Shown in pieces: positions 29,184 through 39,054 of a stretch of 64,000 nt of DNA; position 1 is the stretch's first letter; each line of letters opens with the position of its first letter. The notes beneath the pieces were generated by a model. That model saw only the letters and a list, made by a program, of their open reading frames with translations, made no database searches and had not been told where the DNA came from. Location of the stretch: the NCBI GenBank assembly GCA_951406725.2, contig OX597824.1, forward strand, positions 88,660,001 to 88,724,000, in the 5' to 3' direction. The position numbers were made by a program, and so were the translations under genes. Source of the DNA: Octopus vulgaris (Eukaryota).

Positions 29184-32100
29184 AGTGGTAATGGTGTCAT
29201 TGAGACCCAAAGGTGTGAGGTAATGCTGATTAAGTGCTATAGACAGACCATAGTTAAGTTCCAGGTTTGGTAATTTTGTGAATAAGGGGTTCAAGTTTGG
29301 TTCTATGTCAGCGTGTGTATATAAGAAATTTTTGCGTCATGAGATAAAAAACTAAGGCTGTGTAGATATTAGAACATTTATAGATAAGTCTTACAGCTGT
29401 TCCCAGGATATAATTAATAGGTGCAGGAGTGGCTGTGTGGTAAGTAGCTTGCTTACCAACCACATGGTTCCGGGTTCAGTCCCACTGCATGGCACCTTGG
29501 GTAAGTGTCTTCTGCTATAGCCCCGGGCCGACCAATGCCTTGTGAGTGGATTTGGTAGACAGAAACTGAAAGAAGCCTTGTCGTATATATGTATGTGTGT
29601 CTATGTTTTGTCCCCACTAGCATTGCTTGACAACCGATGCTGGTGTGTTTACGTCGCCGTTACTTAGCGGTTCGGCAAAAGAGACCGATAGAATAAGTAC
29701 TGGGCTTACAAAGAATAAGTCCCGGGGTCGATTTGATCGACTAGAGGCGGTGCTCCAGCATGGCCACAGTCAAATGACTGAAACAAGTAAAAGAGTATAT
29801 ATATGACAGGCTTCTTTCGGTTTCCATCTACCAAATCCATTCACAAGACTTTGGTTGACCCAGGGCTATAGTAAAAGACACTTGCCCAAGATGCCACGCA
29901 GTGGTACTGAACCCGGAACCATGTAGTTAGTAAGCAAGCTACTTACCACATGGCCACTCCTGCTATATTAACACTTTATTCATATACTTAACCCTGTCAG
30001 GCCTGGGCCCCTGTGTCTAATTTTACTCACCACCTGGGCTCCTGAGCAAAAGAATAAATAGCTGCATTTTATTCTATGAATGTTACTCATTATCATTTTA
30101 CTAGGAATTTCTCTTTTTACTTGTTTCAGTCATTTTGACTGCGGCCATGCTGGAGCACCGCCTTTAATCGAGCAACTCGACCCCGGGACTCATTCTTTGT
30201 AAGCCCAGTACTTATTCTATCCGTCTCTTTTGCCGAACTGCTAAGTGACGGGGACATAAACACACCAGCATCGGTTGTCAAGCAATGCTAGGGGGACAAA
30301 CACAGACACACAAACACACACATATATATATATACATATATATACGACGGGCTTCTTTCAGTTTCCGTCTATCAAATCCACTCACATAGCCACTCCTGCG
30401 CCTTGAAAAATGCCATTTAACCCATTCCCATTATAGCAGGAATACAACACAACAGGGTTAAATCTGTAAAACTTGTTTTCTTAATATTGTTTAGTCAGAG
30501 GAAGTAAAGGAGCACCGTTAACCTTTTTCTTTTCCAGGACCTCTAAGACTAGAGGTAGTGGGGTGGGAAGAAACTTTAACTCGTAGCTTACTACATTAGG
30601 AAGCAATATATTAAAAGCTCGATCCATTTTGAGGTTTTCTTGCTTTTTATGTCCTCGTCTTTATAAGATGGTCAAGTATGAGGAAAGGAAAATTCTTATG
30701 ACTTACAGAAGGAAGTGGGGCGCTCATGATCATTTTCGCAAGGTTCCCGAACCTGGTGCAAGAAAGGGAAAAACCAAAAAAAACATGACCCACGTCAGAG
30801 AAGAAACCTGGTACGGAGCTTTTAAAAGGGTCGACTCTGTTTAAGGCACCGAAGAACTGGGAGATAGTGTTTAACCTTTAAGTACACAACTGAAAAACAG
30901 GCACAGGCCAACTTTATCCTCGCGAGTCAAGAACAACCTGCGGCCCACGTTACTTTCTGAATGACACACCTAATGAAAAATGACCTTATAAATTTTTAGT
31001 AGTTCAGTCCTCTTCTTAAAAGAGGTTGCCTATGCCTGGTCTATGCAATGTGTCGGGGTCAAATCAGGGACTACGTTATTGCAATGTGAACTTAACAACT
31101 TTGCGATTTTATCTAGAAAATGAGACTCGATCACGGACTCACTCCGTCTGGAGTTTTTTTTTAAATGAAGTCCTTAAATAAAAAATAATTTATAAACATA
31201 TAAACAATTGGGTCAATGTTTGTTCTTTTTTTAAACGTAACTTTCAGATCTGAGTGCGCTTTCCTTGCATTTTTTTTAAAGAAAAGGGGACGAGTTTTCA
31301 TATGATCGTAACAAACTCAAAAGTAAAAAACAAGCACCAACTACCATAATATAATATAAGTTTGTATATTTCAAAGTATAAATGACTAATTATATAAATT
31401 ATTCATTTAATAACATGAGTAATATTGTTGATATACTAGTGACAACACCAGATTCTTTTTGAGTTAGTTATAAGCAGGGGCCTTTTTATCGTCGTATATA
31501 CAAAGTTCTGGTGGATCAAATAATACTTTGCTCAATATTTTGGTATTCTTCCGTTTTGTGTCGATTTGTGTAAACATACTTCTCGGTAATTTCCGAGAGC
31601 ATACCTATATTTTATGCTTGCTAGAATGTTTGTCATGTTTACAGGAGACGTGGGTTAGAGTCCCAGGACAGCCTTCGCCTTTTTCCATCCAAAGGGTTTT
31701 TTTAACCCAGTATTTACACGCTATTATTTATATATATTTCTTTAGTGCCCACAAGGGGCTAAACACAGAGGGGACAAACAAGGGGATTAAGTCGATTACA
31801 TCGACCCCAATGCGAAACTGGTACTTTATTTATCGACCCCGAAAGGATGAAAGGCAAAGTCGACCTCGGCGGAATTTGAACTCAGAACGTAACGACAGAC
31901 GAAATACCTATTTCTTTACTACCCACACGCTATTATTTATAGCCTATCTACTTGAAGATCAAACGGTCCCCCATTCAAAAAGGGAAAAAAAATGGAATTA
32001 AATATCTGAAAATTTAATGACGTTCGTGCTTGCATTACATTCTGTTATTCTAATATTTTACCTTTGATTTTATGGTCTGAAATAGTTTGATTTTATAACA

Positions 32101-32473
32101 TTTAAAAACAATGGCATAATTATTTACTCATGGGTGAAAACATTTGTTTGCACGTGTGTAACCAAGTTTGAAGATCGGAGCATAATTACTATAAATGCGC
32201 GAATGAAAGATGCAAAAACGATTCCAACCTACCAGCAACATCCTCATTAAAGATATAAGATGGGGATGTTCTTTTCAGCTTCAGAGCAGCATGCTTTTGG
32301 TACAACGTCTCTCCACGACCGATGTTCTTTTCACTTGAAGATCTGACCAGTTTGACATTAGTTAAGTGGTAACTACACTGTAAGAAGTTCCTTACTCTAT
32401 AATAAAAGTCCAGTTTTTTCAAAGAGTGTCCAGATGCACTCCAACAATTAGCCCAGCTCTGGGAACGATACAT
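6929..32473 (-). CDS. TFB2M: Mitochondrial transcription factor B2 / dimethyladenosine transferase 2-like gene, 10 coding exons, 405 aa (whole-gene span)
   Basis: Exons 32473-32233, 28635-28567, 27953-27862, 26777-26630, 24194-24046, 21149-21054, 17176-17123, 15545-15379, 9468-9366 and 7027-6929 all have AG/GT boundaries and sum to 1218 nt in one frame. Motifs IIEYNPGPCLLTKKLIKNGAKSVIGIE, SIYSLGRPELFL and IYFIKIVPK align by eye with human TFB2M (LLECNPGPGILTQALLEAGAKVVALE, SIYKFGRIEVNM, LYLIQMIPR). Confidence 0.9.
7218..7567 (+). mobile_element. Family B element
   Basis: Same consensus and (GAT)n tail. Confidence 0.8.
7630..9333 (+). mobile_element. Decayed mariner transposon (DD34D transposase pseudogene) in TFB2M intron 9
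   Basis: TA-flanked TIRs TTGGATTATCCCATAAATAATG / CATTATTTATG[insert]TGATGACCCAA. Transposase fragments EHIQYILLYEFNKG, GQWVPYKL, IVTGDMKWVLY, FHQDNVWPH and PYLLDISPSDYHLF are broken by stops and frameshifts. Confidence 0.92.
7811..8217 (-). mobile_element. Family B element inserted at the mariner transposase start
   Basis: (CAT)n start and 4 internal repeats; mariner sequence resumes at ACAAACGAACATATT. Confidence 0.8.
9366..9468 (-). CDS. TFB2M: TFB2M-like exon 9 (SWLPGSGVHLIRMGYTMMHLIGEVSPEQYLELYL)
   Basis: ttttAG|...|GTatg; phase 2->0; C-terminal helical domain. Confidence 0.9.
9773..10122 (+). mobile_element. Family B element inserted in a TTAA MITE
   Basis: Same consensus. Confidence 0.75.
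10335..10440 (-). mobile_element. Short RTE-type LINE reverse-transcriptase fragment
   Basis: EVVDSFCYLGD motif. Confidence 0.55.
10880..11262 (-). mobile_element. SINE family A, preceded by a partial copy at 10715-10872
   Basis: Same consensus. Confidence 0.8.
11945..12255 (+). mobile_element. Distinct tRNA-derived SINE with (TAAA)n tail
   Basis: GGCGCAATGGCCCAGTGGTTAGGGCAGCGGACTCGCGG...GTTTCGATTCC head; the flank AATGCTAACCAAT is repeated on both sides (TSD-like). Confidence 0.75.
13068..13210. repeat. (GA)n microsatellite with ~50-bp higher-order duplication
   Basis: GAGGTCAAGGT(A/G)CAA(A/G)GTGAATATGAGAGAG occurs twice. Confidence 0.85.
14941..15284 (-). mobile_element. Family B element
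   Basis: Same consensus. Confidence 0.8.
15379..15545 (-). CDS. TFB2M: TFB2M-like exon 8 (PSNSPVTVNKDSIYFIKIVPK...QKRSSRLIPKM)
   Basis: poly-T tract then AG|...|GTgagt; phase 0->2. Confidence 0.9.
17123..17176 (-). CDS. TFB2M: TFB2M-like exon 7 (LKVSDVFPHFAVPRKFQT)
   Basis: ttttcAG|...|GTaagt; 54 nt, phase 0. Confidence 0.75.
17530..18060 (-). mobile_element. SINE family C, three tandem body units
   Basis: The TTTCTTTACTACCCA(C/T)AAGG unit recurs at ~17537, 17722 and 17906. Confidence 0.8.
20350..20720 (+). mobile_element. RTE-clade LINE 3' ORF remnant
   Basis: Frame reads LREKLDLRSIRCGVQERRLRWYGHMARMDEDSCVKKCHTLTVEGTCGRSRPRKTW, the typical RTE C-terminus. Confidence 0.85.
21054..21149 (-). 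CDS. TFB2M: TFB2M-like exon 6 (TLNMKFPNTNYLFYRKTSSVLNLFFDIELLME)
   Basis: tttcAG|...|GTaaga; 96 nt, phase 0. Confidence 0.85.
21186..21580 (-). mobile_element. SINE family A
   Basis: Same consensus. Confidence 0.8.
23450..23830 (-). mobile_element. CR1/L2-type LINE 3' remnant with (ATT)n tail
   Basis: LFKLHLSNTRGHIYK...FFTLRVAEAWNKLPASVV...SFK motif. Confidence 0.8.
24046..24194 (-). CDS. TFB2M: TFB2M-like exon 5 (PYASIFGILTP...SIYSLGRPELFLLVPARNYK)
   Basis: ttttAG|...|GTaagt; phase 1->0; conserved GRxE motif. Confidence 0.9.
24331..24912 (+). mobile_element. SINE family A with tandemly duplicated 5' head
   Basis: The TAGGCGCAGGAGTGGC head occurs at 24331 and again at ~24497. Confidence 0.85.
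25062..25583. mobile_element. Tc1/mariner-pogo-type MITE (CCGTA termini, TA TSD) nested in a piggyBac-like MITE
   Basis: TA|CCGTAAATCCTCGAGTATA ... TATACTCGAGGATTTACGG|TA; a partial copy lies at ~18925-19045. Confidence 0.85.
26000..26595 (-). mobile_element. SINE family C cluster
   Basis: Same consensus. Confidence 0.75.
26630..26777 (-). CDS. TFB2M: TFB2M-like exon 4 (NTKRLFRSKFSFHLWDP...IRQKSWCE)
   Basis: ttttAG|...|GTaatg; open, 148 nt, phase 0->1. Confidence 0.85.
26845..27557. mobile_element. piggyBac-like MITE family P2, tandem trimer
   Basis: TTAA-CCCTTTTGTTACC ... GGTATCAAAAGGG-TTAA; ~240-bp unit x3. Confidence 0.8.
27862..27953 (-). CDS. TFB2M: TFB2M-like exon 3 (GPCLLTKKLIKNGAKSVIGIEAKLDFQPYLQ)
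   Basis: tttAG|...|GTgagt; lies inside track ORF 27811..28116. Confidence 0.9.
28060..28432 (-). mobile_element. SINE family A
   Basis: Same consensus. Confidence 0.85.
28567..28635 (-). CDS. TFB2M: TFB2M-like exon 2 (DKIASKIMETRKAKDTPIIEYNP)
   Basis: ttcAG|...|GTaagt; encodes the first half of SAM-binding motif I. Confidence 0.9.
28910..29140 (-). mobile_element. SINE family C
   Basis: Same consensus. Confidence 0.8.
29418..30402. mobile_element. Cluster of SINE family A copies: + 29418-29797, - 29805-29963, - 30110-30402
   Basis: Same consensus in both orientations. Confidence 0.85.
32233..32473 (-). CDS. TFB2M: TFB2M-like exon 1 (basic, presequence-like N-terminus ... RTSPSYIFNEDVA)
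   Basis: ATG at 32473; donor G|GTAGG at 32233/32232; phase 1 matches exon 2. Confidence 0.8.
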
Positions 32474-32944
32474 GATGTTTGAACGAATAAATCCAACTTT
32501 CTTCGTTGGTTTTCTTCAAAACATCTCAGTCGGTGCGCGGAGGGGGGGGTAATTATTTTACAAACAGCAATTGTGGTTATTAGATTCGCTTTTATTGTTA
32601 ATAATGTCGAATTAGAGAGAAAAAAAGAGTACCAAACTGAAATAGGCGTTACGTGGTATTGTCATTTCTTAAATTGGGCTTGATCTGTGTTAAGCGACAT
32701 TTTCCATCGCTCAAAAACGTGGGTAAATAATAAAAAAAACCTTTCGGGATTGAAATTTTGTCTTCGAATGAAGTCAGAGAAAAAGAGAGGGAGGGAGGGG
32801 GTACTGGAAAAAGAAGGCAACTATGGAACATCATTCGTACAATAAATATTTTGAGCAGAACTTTGCATATGTCGATTTGCGAAAAGAGTTTAGTAGTATT
32901 GAATGTAGTGTTAGTTGATCTTCCGATCGAAGAAAGGAAACCTG

Positions 32945-33230
32945 GGTACTTCTTGAGAACAGTGGTCCTGGTACCCGCACTAGCGTAGTCGCTCATCCGC
33001 GCTAGCTAGTCGTGACTAGTCGATCCTTACTTTGTGTTTTTGTGTGTTATTTACTTTGTGTTTTTGTGTTTTATTTACTTTGTTTAACAAAAAATATTTA
33101 TTTTGTGTAAAAAAATTATTTATTCTGTTTTATTTACTTTGCTAGGTAGGATCAACTAGTCACGACTAGCTAGCGCAGATGCGCGACTACGCGAGTGCGC
33201 GCACCGGGACCGCTGTTCTCAAGTAGTACC
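32945..33230. mobile_element. MITE with ~85-bp TIRs and perfect 8-bp TSD (Merlin-like, GG termini)
   Basis: GGTACTTCTTGAGAACAG... / ...CTGTTCTCAAGTAGTACC, flanked by GAAACCTG at 32937-32944 and 33231-33238. Confidence 0.85.
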
Positions 33231-33290
33231 GAAACCTGTTTCCATTGATTTTTCAAATTGCTGATACTACTTGAGAACATATACATATAT

Positions 33291-33585
33291 ATCATCATTG
33301 TTTAACGTCCGTTTTCCATGCTAGCATGGGTTGGACGGTTCGACTGGAGTCTGGGAAGCCAGGAGGCTGCACCAGGCTCCAGTCTGATCTGGCAGTGCTT
33401 CTACAGCTGGATGCCCTTCCTAACGCCAACCACTCCGTAAGTGGAGTGGGTGCTTTTTACGTGCCACCGGCACAGGGGCCAGGGGAGGCTGGCATCGGCC
33501 ACGATTAGTTGGTGCTTTTTACGTGCCACCCACACAGGTATCACAACTACAATTTCCATTTGATTTTCTTGATGTTGATGTACTT
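33291..33585 (-). mobile_element. Family B element, followed by a family A 3' part to ~33780
   Basis: Same consensus. Confidence 0.75.
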
Positions 33586-34047
33586 GGTCCCCTTAACATC
33601 GCTTGTTAACTGATGCTGGTGTGTTTACGTCCCTGTAACTTAGCGGTTCGGCAAAAGAGAACGATAGAATAAGTACTAGGCTTTCAAAGAATAAGTCCTC
33701 GGGTAGACTTGCTCAACTAAAAGGCGGTGCTCCTGCATGGCCACAATCAAATGACTGAAACAAGTAAAAGAATAAAGAGTTATAACAGCCATAAAAACAG
33801 ACATACTTTAACAGCCACCAACTAACTATGCTGAGAAAAAAAAATCTGGGAGACAAGATGTTTGAGGACATAGTAGAAGGGACTTGCCCAAGGTGCCATG
33901 CGGTGAGACTGAACCCAGAACCTTGCCGTTTGGAAGGAAAGCTTCTTACCATGCAGCCACACCTATGCCTTTATAATTAAGAACTGATTTTGATTCCCAT
34001 TCATTTCATCAACTCTGGTTTATTATCTTATTGTTACACTTTGTACA

Positions 34048-34445
34048 TGAGTGGCTGTGTGGTAAGTAGCTTGCTTACGAACCACATGGTTCCGGGTTCA
34101 GTCCCACTGCGTGGCACCTTGGGCAAGTGTCTTCTACTATAGCACCCGGGCCGACCAAAGCCTTGTGACTGGATTTGGTAGACTGAAAGAAGCCTGTCGT
34201 ATATATGTATATATGTGTTTATATGTATGTGTGTAAATGTTTGTGTGTCTGTGTTTGTCCCTCTAGCATTGCTTCACAACCGATGCTGGTGTGTTTACGT
34301 CCCCGTCACTTAGCGGTTCGACAAAAGAGAGCGATAGAATAAGTACTGGGCTTACAAAAGAATAAGTCCTGGGGTCGAGTTGCTCGACTGAAGGCGGTGC
34401 TCCAGCATGGCCGCAGTCAAATGACTGAAACAAGTAAAAGAGTAA
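34048..34445 (+). mobile_element. SINE family A
   Basis: Same consensus. Confidence 0.85.
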
Positions 34446-35164
34446 TTACTAGAAATGTTGCTGTTCTTGCTATTATTATTATTATGTTGCTGTTCTTGCT
34501 ATTATTGTTATTATTGGTTGAAGAAAAGCCAGTTGTGATGTTGGTTTAGCAGTAAAGGGAAGTTCCAATGGGAATACGAAAGTGCTGAATCAAATCTTGA
34601 AAATATCAAAACATGCTGTGAAATTAATGATTAGGTTCGATAAATGATGTCATAAATGAAACGACAGGCATTTAGGCGGCAAAACAAACTAATGTGAACA
34701 CATACGTGTAAATGAAATTAAAAAAGGAAAAATTTCAGTCAATTGAACTTGCTTAAATTACCTCCCCTCATAAAAAGAAATTTTAAAAAATTGGAAATTA
34801 TCTGTTAAAAATTCAAATAATTAAAGTGTCTGGATGTATTTTAGAACGATCCAGAAATTACATTTTTTTTTTTTCGAAGAGAAATAACAATTTGAAAAGC
34901 ATGAACATCAGAAATATTTTATTCCGTTTTTATGATTCCCTGCTTAAGTTACAATGGGGCAGCATGGGGTGTAAGGGACTGCTCTGTGTAGCCACATTTC
35001 ATTCGTATTTGTGGAGTGTGTTAACTTTAAGGAAGGGAGCGACCAAAACTAGCACCACTTTGCTGCTTATTTAAGATCATTATGACCTTCACTCTTCATC
35101 ATCATCATGGTTCTATGAATATTTGGATTAAAATAAACAGTGGCTACAAAATAAATATACTTAC

Positions 35165-35202
<38 letters not shown>

Positions 35203-35248
35203 CACAATAAGGGTGAAAAAAAATTGAATATTAATTAATAACATCAAT

Positions 35249-35475
35249 TTAACCCTTTAGTGTTCAGATTATTCTATCAAACATAATGCCTATTGATTCC
35301 CATTGATTTGAATTAATCATGCATTATCTCATATCTTCAAGATCTTGATGGTGCAATTACTTAATGTAGAATAACATTGTAGGGTAGGTGTGAGAGCCTG
35401 GATCTGGTCAGTTTGAACATAAAACAGATTAGCTATTTTGGCCGGATATGGCCGGTTTAAATACTAAAGGGTTAA
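35249..35475. mobile_element. piggyBac-like MITE family P1 (other copies at 24985-25736, 53177-53405, ~9660-10228)
   Basis: TTAA-CCCTTTAG ... CTAAAGGG-TTAA. Confidence 0.8.
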
Positions 35476-36793
35476 AACACCAAGTGGCCTAGCATAAAAA
35501 AAAACTGTGATACAGTAAAAATTATTAATAAAAGTAATAAGAATTAATGCTTGAATTAATGCTTGAGAACAATTCTTTAGTGGTGGATTCCCTTTGCGGA
35601 TCTATTTCTAGCGTTAGAGTGACCACATGTGGTCTCTCTCTTATTACTTGTATATATATATATATATGTATATAGGGGTAAAATATGAAAAATCAATGAA
35701 AATGCACATTGCAAATAAAAAAAGGCTATTTATGACAGGTAACGACAAATATATACATTTAGATTGACTGAGGTAGTAATATGTGTCATAAAAGTCATTA
35801 TTATGAGATGATTATAAGATGATAATAAAGTAAGAGAACAAAGCGGACCATGGTTTACACAAAGCTATTCACCGTTTTGATATATATATATATATATGTA
35901 TATGTAAAACACACACACCCATATTCTCTCTCTTTCACTTTCTCTATCTCCCTATCACTCCTTCACCTTCTCCCTCCCTCTATTCCCCATTATATATACA
36001 CACACACACACTCTCTCTCTCCCCACTTTATTTACCAATAATATAAATACAGGCAAAACCCTACAAACTGACATTTCTGATGAAACTACAGGAGTAGTTG
36101 AAAGCGATAAGATGAAGAAATAATTTGTGATATGTAAATAAATATATATTTTTACAACCATCCAGCATTCTGAACACCTTTTTTCTATCATATGTATATA
36201 TATATAATGGTAAAAACAGTAAGATAACAAAAGAAAGAAAGAGACCTCAATATTATGTAAATAGAGGAATTTATCTGTAAAAAATAATATGTGACAATTA
36301 TTTGGTAGCCAAGAGATGGTGTTGTGGATTTCCACCTCGGCATCTGAAACTCAGAGTTTTATCTTGGCTATTGAATAATTGTCGCATATCAATTTACATA
36401 TATATATATATATAAATATTAGAAAAATAATAAAAATGTATATAATAGGTAGAAAAACTTGACACGTGTTTCGTTGCTATATTTAAGAAATCATTATAGT
36501 AGTAGAGAAATCATTTCCATATAAATATATCTTTTATTATTTTTTGTAATTTACTTAATCTTTACTTTTTATTGTTATTTTAATTTTAACTTTTCAATTA
36601 TATATAATTTTCTAGATGGTGTAATTTAATTATTCATTTTGAATTGATAAAAGGTGGGGTTTTTTCTAATATTTTTTTATATATTTATTATATTGTGTGG
36701 AATTTGATTTAGTATTTCTAAATTGAATTCTTTTTCCTTGTAAGTTTGGATTTTATTCCCTCGAATGATAATTATTATATATATATATAAGCG

Positions 36794-36833
<40 letters not shown>

Positions 36834-36834
36834 G

Positions 36835-37082
36835 TCAAAATGAGCAACAAGAATGACTCTGGTAATTTGGTACGATCGTTTCGTACTACATCATTTTATT
36901 AAATGTTGTAAGTATTAAAACAGTTTTAAAATGCTGAGCACTCATCAGCCAATTATAGAGGTTTTCCATTAATGAGTGCTCAGCATTTTAAAACTGTTGT
37001 AATACTTACAACATTTAATAAAATGATGTAGTACGAAACGATCGTACCAAATTACCGGAGTCATTATTGTTGCTTATTTTGA
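36835..37082. repeat. Foldback inverted repeat, ~111-bp arms, 26-nt spacer (PLE-derived)
   Basis: 36835-36945 is the near-perfect reverse complement of 36972-37082. Confidence 0.92.
36857..36960 (-). ncRNA. Type I hammerhead ribozyme (Penelope-like element type, palindromic short stem III)
   Basis: Minus strand reads CUCUAUAAUUGG-CUGAUGA-GUGCU...AGUAC-GAAA-CGAUCG-UA^CCAAAUUACCAGAG. The core boxes are intact, stem I (UAAUUGG/CCAAAUUA, CUCU/AGAG) and stem II can pair, and the GUA cleavage site falls at 36871/36870. Confidence 0.7.
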
Positions 37083-37194
37083 TTATAATCAGCCCATGGA
37101 TTTTTATGGATAACACTATACAGAATTCTGGTGCATCTAAATTAAGTACCATATTCATTTGAATCTAAACTTTTGCTGAACTTATATATATATA

Positions 37195-38641
37195 CTAGCA
37201 GTATCGCCCGGCGTTGCTCGGGTTTGTAAGGGAAATAACTATATAAGCATTTTTAGAGAGTTATAGCCAAAAAATAGCAAAAAAATGCATTAAAAATGGA
37301 AAAAAAATGATGGTAAATTTTTTTTTAAATCGTTGACTCATCGTAGACATTTTTAGAGAGTTACTTCCCTTATATAATAGCGAAAAAAATGCATCAAAAT
37401 GGAAAAAATGATGGTAAATTTTTTTTAAAATCGTAGACTCATCGTAGACGCGCGCTAATACCCAGAAGGGCTCAATATGAATCACGACTATAAGATACCC
37501 GGTTTTGGTTAAACTGCAGCGCAAAATGTGGGAGTAAGGAATCTAAATCGTAGGAGACAGACACACAACCTTAGTTTTATTACTTTTATATATAAAGACT
37601 AGCACTATCGCCCGGCGTTGCTCGAGTTTGTAAGGGAAATAACTATATAAGCATTTTTAGAGAGTTATAGCAAAAAAATGCATTAAAAATGGAATAAAAA
37701 ATGATGGTAATTTTTTTTAAATCGTTGACTCATCGTAGACATTTTTAGAGAGTTACTTCTCTTATATAATAGCGAAAAAATGCATTAAAACGGAAAAAAT
37801 GATGGTAATTTTTTTTTTAAATCGTAGACTCATGTTGACGCTTTCTTAGCCATTTCTGTTTTGGTGTCTTCAAGCCATGAAGTCGTTGTTCTAAAAGAAC
37901 GCTGGGTCCTTGACACCGCTTTACGACGTTGATTTCCTTACACTCCCTTCCCCACAGGTGCAGGTGTGAGCGTGGACGCCAACTCCGCCGCCATCGACAC
38001 GAAAAAATATGCATTAAAATGGAATAAAAAATGAAGTTAAATTATTTTAAAAATCGTAGACTCATCGTAGACGCGCGCTAATACCCAGACGGGCTCGATA
38101 TGAATCACGACTACAGACACTCACACAACTACAATTTTATATATATAGACTAGCAGTATCGCCCGGCGTTGCTCGGGTTTGTAAGGGAAATAACTATATA
38201 AGCATTATTAGAGAGTTAATTCCCTTATAGATGCCAATTCGAGCTTTCTTAGCCATTTCTGTTTTGGTGTCTTCAAGCCATGAAGTCGTTGTTCTAAAAG
38301 AACGCTGGTCTCCTTGACAACGCTTTACGACGTTGATTTCCTTACACCCCTTTCCCCACAGCTTCACGAGAGGGGGAGAAGCAAACAGGCGCAGGTGTGA
38401 CCATGGACGCCAACTCCGCCGCCATCGACACACGAAAAATTATGCATTAAAATGGAATAAAAAATGATGTTAAATTATTTTTAAAATCGTAGACGCGCGC
38501 TAATACCCAGACGGGCTCGATATGAATCACGACTATAAGATACCCGAATTTGGTTAAACTGCACCGCAAAATGTGGGAGTAGTTAGGAATCTAAATCGTA
38601 GGAGACAGACACTCACACAACTACAGTTTTATATATAAAGA
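37195..38641 (-). mobile_element. Three head-to-tail non-autonomous Helitrons (38641-38150, 38149-37599, 37598-37195)
   Basis: On the minus strand each unit starts TC and ends CTAG, with a CCCGAGCAACGCCGGG hairpin (CTCGAG... in the middle unit) about 12 nt before the end. The array sits between host A and T with no TSD. Confidence 0.85.
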
Positions 38642-39054
38642 TAATATGTATGTATGTATATATATATGGTGTCGCTTTTGGCCTTCCGTAATATGTAATC
38701 GTTATCGTCACGAACCCTCACGTGACAGGACGATACTACGATTCACCGGAATTATAATGGCGTGTCAGGAAATTTGCCATTTGTCTTTGTTTATAATGTT
38801 TCTCTAACATTATTGTCCTTAATTTCATCGACATTCTTCGAAGATCCGATTCGGGGTAACTATATCTATACTCACCATTATTCTTTACGCTCTGCCTCAA
38901 CCAAAAGGCTTGCCATATTCTTCACATCATTCCTGTTGTTTGCAATAACAATCGATAGAACGAAGTCGCCGGCATGGGATGCTCCTCGGTCCTTTATTAA
39001 CACCCTCGCTGCTCTAAACCGTATCCATATTTGTTATCCTGTTGACACTGATGT

